Program-made: the position numbers and the translations under genes | From: a virus | IMG/VR virus record: IMGVR_UViG_3300020581_000010 | Coordinates: 11,253-75,252 of that record | Strand: one strand, 5' to 3' | DNA: 64,000 nucleotides | In this document: positions 44,396 to 53,692 of the stretch, piece by piece | Numbering within the stretch: the stretch's first letter is position 1 | Layout: every line of letters starts with the position of its first letter | The notes under the pieces: generated by a model | Database searches by the model: none | Told to the model about the DNA's origin: nothing | What the model saw: the letters and a program-made list of their open reading frames with translations, nothing else

Positions 44396-44685
44396 GCGGG
44401 ATTCTTGGTCTTTTTCGGCTTTGAGAATCGCATGTTGAGTTTCTCAATGAGCGTGCTTTCGATCAGTTCCATCGGCCACCCTTGCTTGATGCAGTAGTGG
44501 ATCAGAATGCCCATGATGTCCGCAAGTTCATAGCAGTCGTCGGGGTACTCTTTGAGTTCATTCAGCTCGTCTTGTGCGTGGCCAAGAATGAAGGGCGGCT
44601 GAACCTCCGACAAGTTGAAGTGTTTGCGATTGTGGACGTAGCCCTCGCGGACCATGCGTTCGATTTTCTTCCATGCCTTTTTCAT
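44392..44685 (-). CDS. MazG-like/DUF550-type nucleotide pyrophosphohydrolase
   Basis: H..DELNEL...PDD.YELADI. Confidence 0.55.
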   Translation of the reverse strand: MKKAWKKIERMVREGYVHNRKHFNLSEVQPPFILGHAQDELNELKEYPDDCYELADIMGILIHYCIKQGWPMELIESTLIEKLNMRFSKPKKTKNPA

Positions 44686-45340
44686 GATGCGTCCTTTTCT
44701 ACCGTCTTCTCGGCCAGCTTTTCCAGCACCCTCTTTGCGACGTACAGATAGCGGTCTATCGACCATTTCGGGAGATCGTCCCACGAGTCTCGCATCCGCC
44801 GCTTTGTTTGCAAGCCGTCCCATTCGAGGGCGGATTCGTGCAGGAATCGGGCGAGCTGTTCGGCGGTCATCGCCATACGTTCCCCCACATGTCTGCCAGG
44901 TATCCGTTCGTCACCAGTTCTGGGAACATGATGCGAGCCTTTTTCCAGTAACGCTTGGTTTCCTTCCGGTCGCTGTTACTCAGGGATTCGATCAGTTCGC
45001 CAAGCATGGGACGACTTTCATTGCGACCGCAACCGGCCTCGATCTCTGCGGCCTCGATTGCCTGCAAAAACTTGTGGCAATCTAGGCAGGTGTTTTCTTC
45101 GTAGGTTTCGCCGATCGACGGTTCCTCACACTTGCAGCATTCGTCCGTGTCGCAGCACTGGCACTCCGACTGCTCGCAGTCGCGGCAGAATTCCCACTCC
45201 TGCATGTAGGTGTGAGCGTATGGCGTGCCCGGAAAAATCTTGGTGCAGCACTCGTTGCAGGTTTTCGTTTTGGCGGAAGCAACAATTCTTACTTCGTATA
45301 CGCTCGCTCGCCAGTCGCAATCGCCTTGGTAAAAGCACAT
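44682..45340 (-). other. Two hypothetical genes (44682-44888; 44867-45340 Cys-rich)
   Basis: Overlapping ORFs. Confidence 0.55.
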
Positions 45341-45341
45341 A

Positions 45342-45590
45342 TCATGCCTCCGGGTCAATGGTCCACGCAATCACCATCTTCTCCCACAAAATGCCCCTGG
45401 TGTGAGCCCGCTCGGGTTCGGTTGCTCCGGAGGACACCAATTCGTCAACAGCTTGTGCCGTCATCCATTCCCGGCACGCATCGCATGAGCTGTAGTGCTT
45501 TGCCCCAGCGAGCAGTTCAGAGCCGGAAACCTGGTCGGCTTGGCGGGAGCACAGGCTGATGGTCTGATCGTGGAATTCTTGGCAGGTCAT
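45342..45590 (-). CDS. zf-HC2-like protein
   Basis: MTCQEF...HYSSCDAC; GGAGG RBS. Confidence 0.55.
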   Translation of the reverse strand: MTCQEFHDQTISLCSRQADQVSGSELLAGAKHYSSCDACREWMTAQAVDELVSSGATEPERAHTRGILWEKMVIAWTIDPEA

Positions 45591-45886
45591 GTCGCCTCCG
45601 GGTCGGTCGCAATGAATTCGTCGATCTTCCTGCGGATCGGTGCGGCTTTCGCTTCCTCGCGTTCGAGCGTTTCCCTGTCGAACCGGGTAAAACTCCGTCC
45701 AAAACCAGCACGCAGGGCACGTCCCGTTGTGGTTGCGGCAAGCTGCCAGTTCGGTCATTGAAATGTCTCCGGTGCTTTGCCGCTGATGACCATGAGGCGA
45801 TAGTCGTGGCAGGTCATTGCATCACCTCAAAAGCACCATGCGGGACTGGCCTCTCCAAACCAGCCCGCACGGTGCGACGAAAGGGA

Positions 45887-46288
45887 TCACTTGAGCCACG
45901 TACTGTCAGACGCCAGGTCGAACAACCCGAACTTCTCAGCGAACGCCGCATCGTGGCACGCTGCACACCGGAGAACGCGGGCGTCGAATTGTTTGCCGTC
46001 TGGGGGAACGGCTGGCAGGCTCTTGGGGACGTAGGGCACATGCTCGGCTACCTCCATGATCTGTTCGGGGGCGTCCTTCGGATTGCGGTTTTGCTTGACC
46101 ATCTCGGCTTGAGACTTCGCTACAGCGTCGGCCCGCTCAAAGAGCTTGTCCAGCCTGTCGTGCATTTCCTCGCGGTCTCTATTCAGACGCGAGGTGTCGA
46201 ATTGAATCGAGACGACGACTATCGCAAGCAGCATTGCGTACACACCAGAGGCCACTTTGAAGAAACTGGGCACGTCGTCGTCTCTCAT
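45887..46288 (-). CDS. Membrane-anchored protein with CxxCH heme-binding motif
   Basis: N-terminal TM helix, C-terminal RCAACH. Confidence 0.55.
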   Translation of the reverse strand: MRDDDVPSFFKVASGVYAMLLAIVVVSIQFDTSRLNRDREEMHDRLDKLFERADAVAKSQAEMVKQNRNPKDAPEQIMEVAEHVPYVPKSLPAVPPDGKQFDARVLRCAACHDAAFAEKFGLFDLASDSTWLK

Positions 46289-46356
46289 GCTCTCCCCCTT
46301 GAAGAAACGCCGCACGGGGCAGCCCCTCCCGAAACCACCCCGCACGGCAACGAGAT

Positions 46357-47280
46357 TTAGACACCAGCCGCGACGGGCGGCAGCTTGACGAACCGCTTCA
46401 AGTCCTTGTCCCATGGGAAGCCCTCAGCCCGCCCCACCGACTGAAAGAAGTTGCCGATCTCCTTGCGGATTTCCTTCTCGCTCACCGCGACCCTGACTTC
46501 CTCCCACAGGGCGGTCAGGTTGTCAGCGTTCAGCTTGCCGTCCTTCTTGAGACCGTCCACGCGAAGCCCCCACGCCTTTAGGACGGACACAGGAGCGGCG
46601 GGTTCCGGCTTCGGCGGTGCTGTTTGCTCTTCTTCCGGTGGCGAGTCCTGATACTCAACCTCGCGTGTCGGTTCGGCGTCACGCGGCGGATCGACCTGTG
46701 GTGCCCGATTGTCCGCTTGACCCATCTCGTCGCTGGTGTAGAGCCCGCTGAGTTCCTGTGGGAACGCCTTGCGGAGTGCGAGGGCTTCGGCGGTCTTCGA
46801 CAGCATCAACGCTGGCATCTTCGCCCACATAAAGGACGTGTTGCCTTGCTTGTCGAGCTGGACGTACTCCGACCAGAGGGCGACGGCCGACAGCGGCTTG
46901 TCGAAGTCCTTGCGGAGCACGCGGACCTTGGCAGCGGCGGGCGGTTCCTTCTCAAGCCACACGTCCCGCCACACGCCGTCTTCCCCGCACCACTGCGGCT
47001 CATCTTGCCCGGCGTACTTCTGGCTCCGATCAGCAATGAGCCGGAAGCCGTCGATGCTGGTCTGGATAATCATCACCTCGCGGCGTTGCTGTGAGTTCCA
47101 CCGCTTGACCGGGTAGATTTGCCTGGCAAACGGGTCAAGGCCGGTCCTCTCGCATTGCCAGAGGAACATCGTCAGCTCGTCAGGCGTGGCCCCGGCACAG
47201 AGCGTCCGCCGAATCACGTCGATCTGCGATTCGGTGAACTTGTTGTGCTGAACCGTCACCAATTCTCCGTTGGTCGTCAT
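46357..47280 (-). CDS. bet: Phage recombination protein Bet (RecT/Redbeta family)
   Basis: [52 protein letters not shown]. Confidence 0.93.
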   Translation of the reverse strand: MTTNGELVTVQHNKFTESQIDVIRRTLCAGATPDELTMFLWQCERTGLDPFARQIYPVKRWNSQQRREVMIIQTSIDGFRLIADRSQKYAGQDEPQWCGEDGVWRDVWLEKEPPAAAKVRVLRKDFDKPLSAVALWSEYVQLDKQGNTSFMWAKMPALMLSKTAEALALRKAFPQELSGLYTSDEMGQADNRAPQVDPPRDAEPTREVEYQDSPPEEEQTAPPKPEPAAPVSVLKAWGLRVDGLKKDGKLNADNLTALWEEVRVAVSEKEIRKEIGNFFQSVGRAEGFPWDKDLKRFVKLPPVAAGV

Positions 47281-47467
47281 CGTTCGTCCCTTTCGTAAAG
47301 TTTGTCCCTTAGTGTCGCTGCCACAATGGAGAGGACAGCGAGCCACAACGCGAATTCAAGCCAGTCCGTGGCGGACATCGTGCCTCCGTGAAAAATGCGG
47401 CAGGCTGGTAGGCACTTTCGATGGTTCTGATGGTACACCGCCAGTTCCTGCCGCTATCGCATCTCGC

Positions 47468-48103
47468 TCACTTGCCGGACATCGACCGGACTTCTTCGGG
47501 AGTGTATTCGTTGCTCACGCTCTGGCCTGTCAGTCCGCAAGCCCGCATCCGGCTTACATTGCCAGCCGCCGCTGCGAAAGCCGACTTCGCGGTCGTCGGA
47601 GTGTAATTGGCCGCTGCCCCCTTGATGCCAAGACCGCCGGCTTCGGCGAATGCGTCCTGATTAGCACCGAGGAAAGTGAATTGCCACTTGTAAACGTCCT
47701 GCTGGTGCTGGATCATCGCCTTGATCCGCTCCTTGGTGAACTCCTTGCTGGAGTTCTCATAGCCATCCGTGATGATGACGAACACCACCAAGCCGGGACG
47801 GTCCTTTTCGTCCATCTTGCTGAGCCGGTCGCCTGTCTCGGCAATACCGCGTCCGACCGCGTCCAAGAGGGCCGTCATTCCGCGAGGCACCAGAGGACAG
47901 TGCGGGACTTCGCCGATGGGTTTCGCACGGTGGACGAACTCGTATTCGGTGTCGAACTGAATCAGCGTGAAAAGTGCACGTCCGGGCTGTTTCTTCTGCT
48001 GTTCAATGAAACTGTTCAAACCGCCCTCAGCGTCGGTCTTGCACGAAGACATCGAGCCGCTGCGGTCAAGGACGATGACGATTTCAGAAAGGTCTTGCTG
48101 CAC
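47468..48103 (-). CDS. vWA domain protein
   Basis: MIDAS DRSGS, TALLDA, ITDGYENSS. Confidence 0.9.
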   Translation of the reverse strand: MQQDLSEIVIVLDRSGSMSSCKTDAEGGLNSFIEQQKKQPGRALFTLIQFDTEYEFVHRAKPIGEVPHCPLVPRGMTALLDAVGRGIAETGDRLSKMDEKDRPGLVVFVIITDGYENSSKEFTKERIKAMIQHQQDVYKWQFTFLGANQDAFAEAGGLGIKGAAANYTPTTAKSAFAAAAGNVSRMRACGLTGQSVSNEYTPEEVRSMSGK

Positions 48104-48136
48104 GGAAAAACTCCTTGGAATAGGGCGAATGATTGG

Positions 48137-48307
48137 CTACTGCACCTGGCTCACAAACGAGCAGATGTACGCTGACACCCTCCGCTTCGCAGCTTCGTCG
48201 AGGGATTCCAGTTCCCAGATTATCCTTTGCATCACGCGGAGTTCCGGGTGCTGCTTGCGGCGTTCGGTCTGCTCGGTCTCTTCCGGTTCGGTCGGTTGTG
48301 CGGACAT
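48137..48307 (-). CDS. Small hypothetical protein
   Basis: AAGGAG RBS; first ORF after the 48.5-kb promoter. Confidence 0.6.
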   Translation of the reverse strand: MSAQPTEPEETEQTERRKQHPELRVMQRIIWELESLDEAAKRRVSAYICSFVSQVQ

Positions 48308-48494
48308 GGTGTGGCTCCTTAAAAGTGCCCGTCTCTCCGGGCTGTCCCGACAGCGTATCGGTAGCAGGAAGTGGTGCGATTCGTGCGTCACCGCTGGTCG
48401 CATTCCAAAAGTCGGCTGCTTACCCTGGTCACGGCGTCAGATGGTGCCTGACAACACCGCCGCCCTATGCTCTCTCGTGTTTCCTCATGACATA

Positions 48495-48523
48495 ATCCTA
48501 CGCTTCGGCGAAGCATTTGTCAA
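48495..48523 (-). promoter_or_regulatory. Strong sigma70 promoter with palindromic operator
   Basis: TTGACA-17-TAGGAT; GCTTCG-G-CGAAGC palindrome at 48502-48514. Confidence 0.8.
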
Positions 48524-48532
48524 CAAGAAAAA

Positions 48533-48730
48533 CTAGACCCGCGTGCGAGGTCGCCCCTTCGGCCTGACCCGCACGCTCTCAAGGTCCGTGCGTCGAATGG
48601 CGTAGTCGTGGCCGAATCGTTCGTGCCTTAGCTTGCCGGTCTTGCACAGGAGCTGCACGCTTCGCCGCGTCAGGCCGAGTTCGTCGGCGGCTTGCTGTGT
48701 CGTCAATATGCCGTTGAGTTTTTGAGCCAT
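48533..48730 (-). CDS. Excisionase-type HTH repressor with GRP tail (probably leaderless)
   Basis: LTTQQAADELGLTRRSVQLLCKTGKL...VRVRPKGRPR. Confidence 0.85.
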   Translation of the reverse strand: MAQKLNGILTTQQAADELGLTRRSVQLLCKTGKLRHERFGHDYAIRRTDLESVRVRPKGRPRTRV

Positions 48731-48736
48731 GCCGAA

Positions 48737-48765
48737 ATGATACGCTTCGGCGAAATGCCAGTCAA
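48737..48765 (-). promoter_or_regulatory. Sigma70 promoter with the same operator
   Basis: TTGACT-17-TATCAT, 6 nt before ATG; TACGCTTCGGCGAA identical to 48499-48512. Confidence 0.75.
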
Positions 48766-48855
48766 TCCTTCTCCCTCGACTGCAACCACTTCACAAGAGC
48801 CCCAAGTGCGGCAATGGTAGCGATCCAGATGAGGATAAATATGGTGGGGTGCATG

Positions 48856-49236
48856 TCAGCCCCCGGTCTCGCCTGACAGGCTGTTCTTGATGCTCTCCTT
48901 CTCACGCTCCCGCATCGTGGCACAGTCATCAACGACGTACGGGTTCCACCCCTTCCAATGCCAGTTGTGCCCGAACGTGAGGTGGCAGTTTTTCGACGGG
49001 TGCTCGCAGAGGGTCACGAGATTGGCGTCTACCAGCTCCAGCTCGGGATGCGTGTGGTAGGGAAGCTTGTGGTGGACCTGCAAATCCTCAGTCCCGCCGC
49101 ACGCCTGGCAAACCGGCTCTTTCAGTAGGTGGGCTTTCCTGACAGCTGGCCAGTGCGGAGAGCGTGCCTTGCCGTTGACCGTGGCAGGAGCGGCATTGGG
49201 ATTGGCAGAGAACAAGGCAAGGATGCGGTCGAGCAT
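48856..49236 (-). CDS. HNH endonuclease
   Basis: RSPHWPAVRKAHL, CQACG, VHH..P, NLVTLC...CHL.FGH. Confidence 0.88.
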   Translation of the reverse strand: MLDRILALFSANPNAAPATVNGKARSPHWPAVRKAHLLKEPVCQACGGTEDLQVHHKLPYHTHPELELVDANLVTLCEHPSKNCHLTFGHNWHWKGWNPYVVDDCATMREREKESIKNSLSGETGG

Positions 49237-49332
49237 GTCGGCCTCTCTGAAAGATTCCCCCGCCACTGGCAGCGTTTGCCCATCGCTCCGTCATTCGCAA
49301 GCCAGCCGACGGGGGAAGTCCTCTGTCAAAGG

Positions 49333-50592
49333 TCACTCGGCAGAAACGTCGTGCACGTCAGCCGACGCGGGCACGAGCGGGTTCAACGCCCACTTGCCAG
49401 CCTGCATCGGTCGCGGTGCCCCGAATGACACCCTGCCGCCCGTTGGGATCGGCCTTGAAAGCGTCAGGATGATGTACGGAAGCGTCGGAACCGGGGTCGG
49501 CGTGGGAGTAGGTGTCGGGGTAGGCGTTGGAACCGGAGTCGGCACCGTGCCCTGCCCCTGAATGACCGCCGCGACAAACTTCGCATTGCACACGCCTAGG
49601 CCGGTACATTCGTCCCAGCCCGGCCTCGCCGTGTACGCTCCGTTGCTTCCGCTGGTGATGTCCGTGAGGTCATTCAGGGCATAGACGAGCGATTGCGTGA
49701 ATGCGATCTTCTTACCGACCTCAGCGTCGATCAATGCCTTGAGTGCCGCCCACATCGGGCTCACTGCCGATGTCCCGCCGAACGTCTGAGACTGCCCCGC
49801 GATGAGCACCGCGTAGCCGGTATTGGCGTCCGCATCCGCACTCACGTCAGGCACGCCACGCTGAGCGTTCGTGTTGCCTGCCTGCCAGGTCGGCTTGGTG
49901 AAGAGTTTCGAGTAACCGCCCCCGCCGTAGCTCCAAGCCGTCTCAACGCTCGCGGACGGGCAGCTCGTGCCACCGCAGCCGAATATGTACGGACTGCTCG
50001 CGGGGAAGTCCGTGTTGTTGCCCGTGCCGCCGTCAGTCGATCCGTCGTCACCGCTGGACGCGAAGCAAGCCATGTTCGCGGCTACGCACGCCTGGATGCC
50101 ATCGTTCGTTGCGGACACGCTGGCAGCGTCCCAGCCGGCCTCATTCTGTCCCCACGAAACGCTCACGGCACTCGCCCTGCCGTCCGCCGCTGCCGCCTTG
50201 AACCCGTCCGCGATGCCCGTGGCGTCGTTCGGTGCCCAGATCATCAGTAGCCCGATGTTTCCCCCGGTTGCCCCAGCGATCACCTGCATGTCGAGGGCCA
50301 CTTCCCCATCGGCACTTGACGGGTCGCCGGTGTAGCTGTTCGTCGCCCCTCGAACGCTGATCTCAGCGATAGGTGGGACCGGGATGCCGAGCTGAGAGCA
50401 GTAGGCTTGCATGTCGGCCAGAGAATAACCGCCACCGAGTTCGATGACGGCTATCCACAGCTTGGTAGGCCCGCTGAGGACAGGGTAGCCGTATCGCTTG
50501 GCGAGTTGGGCTGACGTGTAGGTCTGCTGAAGCCTCGCGGCATTCGGGCGGCGAATTCTCAGGACGCAAGATGATTTGGCGAATCCTGACAT
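49333..50592 (-). CDS. S53 (sedolisin/kumamolisin-like) serine-carboxyl peptidase, no prodomain, with PT linker
   Basis: IELGGG, EVALD (Glu/Asp), SSGDDG (oxyanion Asp), GGTSAVSP (Ser), GWD.CTGLG Ca site. Confidence 0.93.
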   Translation of the reverse strand: MSGFAKSSCVLRIRRPNAARLQQTYTSAQLAKRYGYPVLSGPTKLWIAVIELGGGYSLADMQAYCSQLGIPVPPIAEISVRGATNSYTGDPSSADGEVALDMQVIAGATGGNIGLLMIWAPNDATGIADGFKAAAADGRASAVSVSWGQNEAGWDAASVSATNDGIQACVAANMACFASSGDDGSTDGGTGNNTDFPASSPYIFGCGGTSCPSASVETAWSYGGGGYSKLFTKPTWQAGNTNAQRGVPDVSADADANTGYAVLIAGQSQTFGGTSAVSPMWAALKALIDAEVGKKIAFTQSLVYALNDLTDITSGSNGAYTARPGWDECTGLGVCNAKFVAAVIQGQGTVPTPVPTPTPTPTPTPTPVPTLPYIILTLSRPIPTGGRVSFGAPRPMQAGKWALNPLVPASADVHDVSAE

Positions 50593-50620
50593 GGGTACTC
50601 CGATGGGTGAGAGGCGGAAG

Positions 50621-50860
50621 TTACTTGGAATTGACGATGAGACTCCATAGGGCTTCGTCTGCTGGCGGACTCAGCTTGCCTGGCAGTTCGTCCAAGAGGG
50701 CTTGGAGTTGGGCGACTTCGCTTCGTTTCCTGCGGATCAGTTGTTTCAGGGAATTCTTAGCAGACATTCGTCCGCAGCAATCGTCCGACGTGTCTTTTTC
50801 TGGGCTTCCTTTTAGCTCGTGGTAGACGCGACCGCCTGAAGGTTTGTCAGTTTCTGGCAT
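50621..50860 (-). CDS. Hypothetical protein
   Basis: Short ORF ending 'ADEALWSL'. Confidence 0.5.
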   Translation of the reverse strand: MPETDKPSGGRVYHELKGSPEKDTSDDCCGRMSAKNSLKQLIRRKRSEVAQLQALLDELPGKLSPPADEALWSLIVNSK

Positions 50861-50920
50861 TGCTTCGCCTTCGTCGTATCCTTCCGTTTCACGGTCTCTA
50901 TCGCTGTGCATGTCTTCTCC

Positions 50921-50959
50921 AAGAAAAAAGGGCGGTGCTGGTGTAAGCAGACACCGCCC
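50921..50959 (-). terminator. Rho-independent terminator
   Basis: GGGCGGTG/CACCGCCC stem then TTTTTTCTT on the minus strand. Confidence 0.7.
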
Positions 50960-50989
50960 CCGCGTTGGGGAAAGCGACGGACAGGAGAA

Positions 50990-51367
50990 TCAAGAGCCGG
51001 CACCACCGACCCCGCCGATGACCGGGCCGAGTCCTTGGAGGATGCCGAGAATCAACTGTACCCACTGCAACCACGACATGCCTGCCGGCACAGCCGAAGC
51101 GTGAGCCGTGGCCAGACCCTTCGCACCGATCATCTTGCGGCACACGTCGGCCGCTTGGGCGTGAGTCATTGCTGGTCCTGAATGCGGTGAGCCAGCAGCT
51201 AAGACGCCGGTCGCCGGGTCAGGGAATGCCTGGCCGAGACCGAACGCCACGCCGTCTTCGAGGCAGTGGATTGAATGGGCGTCGGGCTTCTTTGCCCCCT
51301 CGATCACGGCCAGCATTTCCTGCCAGATTGCCATGTCGAGTGAAGTTGGATATGGACGGAGAGCCAT
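50990..51367 (-). CDS. Hypothetical protein with amphipathic C-terminus
   Basis: AAAGG RBS; SWLQWVQLILGILQGL. Confidence 0.6.
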   Translation of the reverse strand: MALRPYPTSLDMAIWQEMLAVIEGAKKPDAHSIHCLEDGVAFGLGQAFPDPATGVLAAGSPHSGPAMTHAQAADVCRKMIGAKGLATAHASAVPAGMSWLQWVQLILGILQGLGPVIGGVGGAGS

Positions 51368-51461
51368 GTTGAACCTTTCAGAGTGAGAGAGAAAATCCGC
51401 CGCCCCCTTGAACATTCCCAGTGCTACCTAAGTGTCGGGGGACGGCGGTAAGAGACCACGA

Positions 51462-51866
51462 TCAACGACGACGCCCACCGACGAAGAATCTGCCGCCCCC
51501 GAAGCCTACGCCCCGGAAGCCGACACCGATCCCGCCAAAGCCGATGCCACCGAAACCGACGCGAGAACCGAAGAACCCGCCCCGGAAGCCGACGGTGTTG
51601 AACCCGAAGCCACCGAAATAGGGATTGACAGCCAGCGAGTTGAACGCGAGGCCGTTCACGCCGCAACCACCTGCCGCATAGCCGCTGAAAGCAGGTGCGA
51701 AGTTGGCGACGACACCGCCACCGCACGTCGGGGCCGCTGCGAACATCTGCACTTGCGGCTGGGCAATGACGGTCGTGGTCTGCTGGGAAAAGTACTGTGC
51801 CTGTGACGTGCTGGCGAGGGCCAGAATCACGGCGATTGATGCGATGAACTTCTTCAAGGAAATCAC
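51462..51866 (-). CDS. Secreted Gly/Phe-rich low-complexity protein
   Basis: Signal peptide ending SQA|Q; GFGG/GFRG repeats; RRR terminus. Confidence 0.7.
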   Translation of the reverse strand: MISLKKFIASIAVILALASTSQAQYFSQQTTTVIAQPQVQMFAAAPTCGGGVVANFAPAFSGYAAGGCGVNGLAFNSLAVNPYFGGFGFNTVGFRGGFFGSRVGFGGIGFGGIGVGFRGVGFGGGRFFVGGRRR

Positions 51867-51913
51867 CTAACCTTTCAAGTTAGAGAATCAGGGTTTCCCC
51901 TGTCATTGTACGC

Positions 51914-52615
51914 CTACGGGCGAGTTATTGGCGTCCCCGGCTTGATGACAATTCCGACTGCGGGTCCGCCAGTCACGTCGCACGGTAGCACGAACGAGAA
52001 CGGTCCCGGCACCGTCTGGGCGGGAACCGGGTTCCACGTCGCGGTCGCCGTGATCTGCACCGGCGTCCCCGGCACGCTCGGCTTCAGACCGTGCATCTTG
52101 AACGTCATGCCCACGGGCGGGTCAAGCGAGATGGTCGAGGGGTCCGAAGATGTCGGCACGGGCGTCAGCGTGGCGACGGAGCTGATGTCCACGGTCGCAC
52201 CGCCAGCGTCGATGCCCATGACGGTGACGGTGTCATCTTCGTTGTCAACGAACACGAAGTCACTGACGGACTTCGAGCCGGCCGCTTTGGCTGTCATCTT
52301 GCCGAGAGCGGATTTCTTGGTGAGCCGAATGGTCGGAGTCGTCATTGAAGACATAGTGGTCTCCTTTCGGGGGACGGGCGATGAAGTTTCTGCTGTGATC
52401 CCTGTTATTCTACGGTTTGCGTCGAGGAGTTCCTGCATTCCGGCGAGAAGAGCGTCCAGTTTACACTCGATCCGCTCTTTCCATTGCCTGAATTCTTCGT
52501 CAGCGAATAGGTTGCCGCTCATGTCATGCACCGCCGATACTAAGAGAGCGAACAAGCCGAGTAGGGTTAGGGCGAATCCGCAGAGGTACAGGGCGATTGC
52601 GGGGGCCTCATTCAT
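51914..52615 (-). CDS. Membrane-anchored protein with Ig-like C-terminal region (possible internal start at 52354)
   Basis: N-terminal TM, coiled coil, then beta-rich domain; AAGGAG before MSSMTT. Confidence 0.55.
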   Translation of the reverse strand: MNEAPAIALYLCGFALTLLGLFALLVSAVHDMSGNLFADEEFRQWKERIECKLDALLAGMQELLDANRRITGITAETSSPVPRKETTMSSMTTPTIRLTKKSALGKMTAKAAGSKSVSDFVFVDNEDDTVTVMGIDAGGATVDISSVATLTPVPTSSDPSTISLDPPVGMTFKMHGLKPSVPGTPVQITATATWNPVPAQTVPGPFSFVLPCDVTGGPAVGIVIKPGTPITRP

Positions 52616-53666
52616 TCCATCCCTTGCCCGCCGGTGCTACTTCCGGTATCGGCCTGACCTGCTCCGGTCCCGTCACCTGGTGCCACAGTTGGAGCGTAGC
52701 CGCGTCCAGCGGTGGGCCTGCCTTGCCGTCCGCCGTGCGGGGCATTCGGAAGTTCTCGGCAGCGTTCGGGTCGATGCGAGGATACACCCGCTTCTGCCGC
52801 TCGCTCTCGGGCATTGACGGGTAGGTCTCAAGGTCGAACTTCCCCTTCGCGTCAGGCCCGAGGTGGCACTGGGCACAGCTCTGCTTGGCGGATGCCACCC
52901 ACAGCGATAGCGTCTGTGCCCGCACGTCGGAAGCCGTGACGCCACCGCTGCCGGTCCCCTGCTGCCCACCCTGGACGGGGTTGACCTGCCACTGCACGCC
53001 CGACTTGATCTGCTTGGGGTCGCTGAGGGCCTGGTTGAACGCTATCAGGGCGTCCCGCCTGGCGTTGATCTCGGCAATCCTCGCGGCCCCAGTCTGTGCC
53101 TGTGCCACGTTGCTGCTGAACAGCCCGTTGGCCTCACTGAACAACCTCGCCGCCTGCCCCACGGCCTGGGACTGGAGCAAGTAGAGGGAGTTCAGATTAG
53201 TGTCCCCGTACAACGCCGAGTTGCTGTTGTAGGTGTTCAGGCTCAGTGGCGTCACGACTTGGTAGGCGTGGCCGGTGAGCGAGTAGGCACCGTTGTAGCC
53301 AGCGGCCTGAGGTTGCAGTAGGGCGGTCACTTGCTGGGGAGTGAAGTTGCTGAGGTTGATCCCCACCGCCCTCAGCTTGGCTACCTTCGCGTCTTCCTCT
53401 TTGCTCGCCGCGACGATTTCCAAGAGGCGGTCGTCGAACGTCTTCGCGGCGGGGGGCGTGTAGGTGGGGGCGACGTAATTGGCTACGGGGTAGTAGGTGT
53501 AGTACGAGGGATACGCCCGGCCGCAGCTGTAGTACGCCGGCGTGTACGTCCGCGTGTAGGCGGTGCTGTAGCCCGTAAAATACCAGTAAGAGTCTGAGGC
53601 TTGGTACTGTGCCTCAGCCGTGCCAGCGAGGGCAAGGAATGCTGCTATTGCTACCAAAGTCTTCAT
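52608..53666 (-). CDS. Secreted c-type cytochrome domain protein
   Basis: Signal peptide AEA|Q; SCAQCH...GKFDL...RMP (distal Met). Confidence 0.75.
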   Translation of the reverse strand: MKTLVAIAAFLALAGTAEAQYQASDSYWYFTGYSTAYTRTYTPAYYSCGRAYPSYYTYYPVANYVAPTYTPPAAKTFDDRLLEIVAASKEEDAKVAKLRAVGINLSNFTPQQVTALLQPQAAGYNGAYSLTGHAYQVVTPLSLNTYNSNSALYGDTNLNSLYLLQSQAVGQAARLFSEANGLFSSNVAQAQTGAARIAEINARRDALIAFNQALSDPKQIKSGVQWQVNPVQGGQQGTGSGGVTASDVRAQTLSLWVASAKQSCAQCHLGPDAKGKFDLETYPSMPESERQKRVYPRIDPNAAENFRMPRTADGKAGPPLDAATLQLWHQVTGPEQVRPIPEVAPAGKGWNE

Positions 53667-53692
53667 GCCTGATTTTCCTTTCGGTTGATTGT

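Noticed and set aside
47390-47460. tRNA-like fold
   Set aside because: No T-loop GTTC consensus, anticodon arm or CCA.
49490-49547. Short tandem DNA repeat
   Set aside because: It simply encodes the Pro-Thr linker of the S53 protease.
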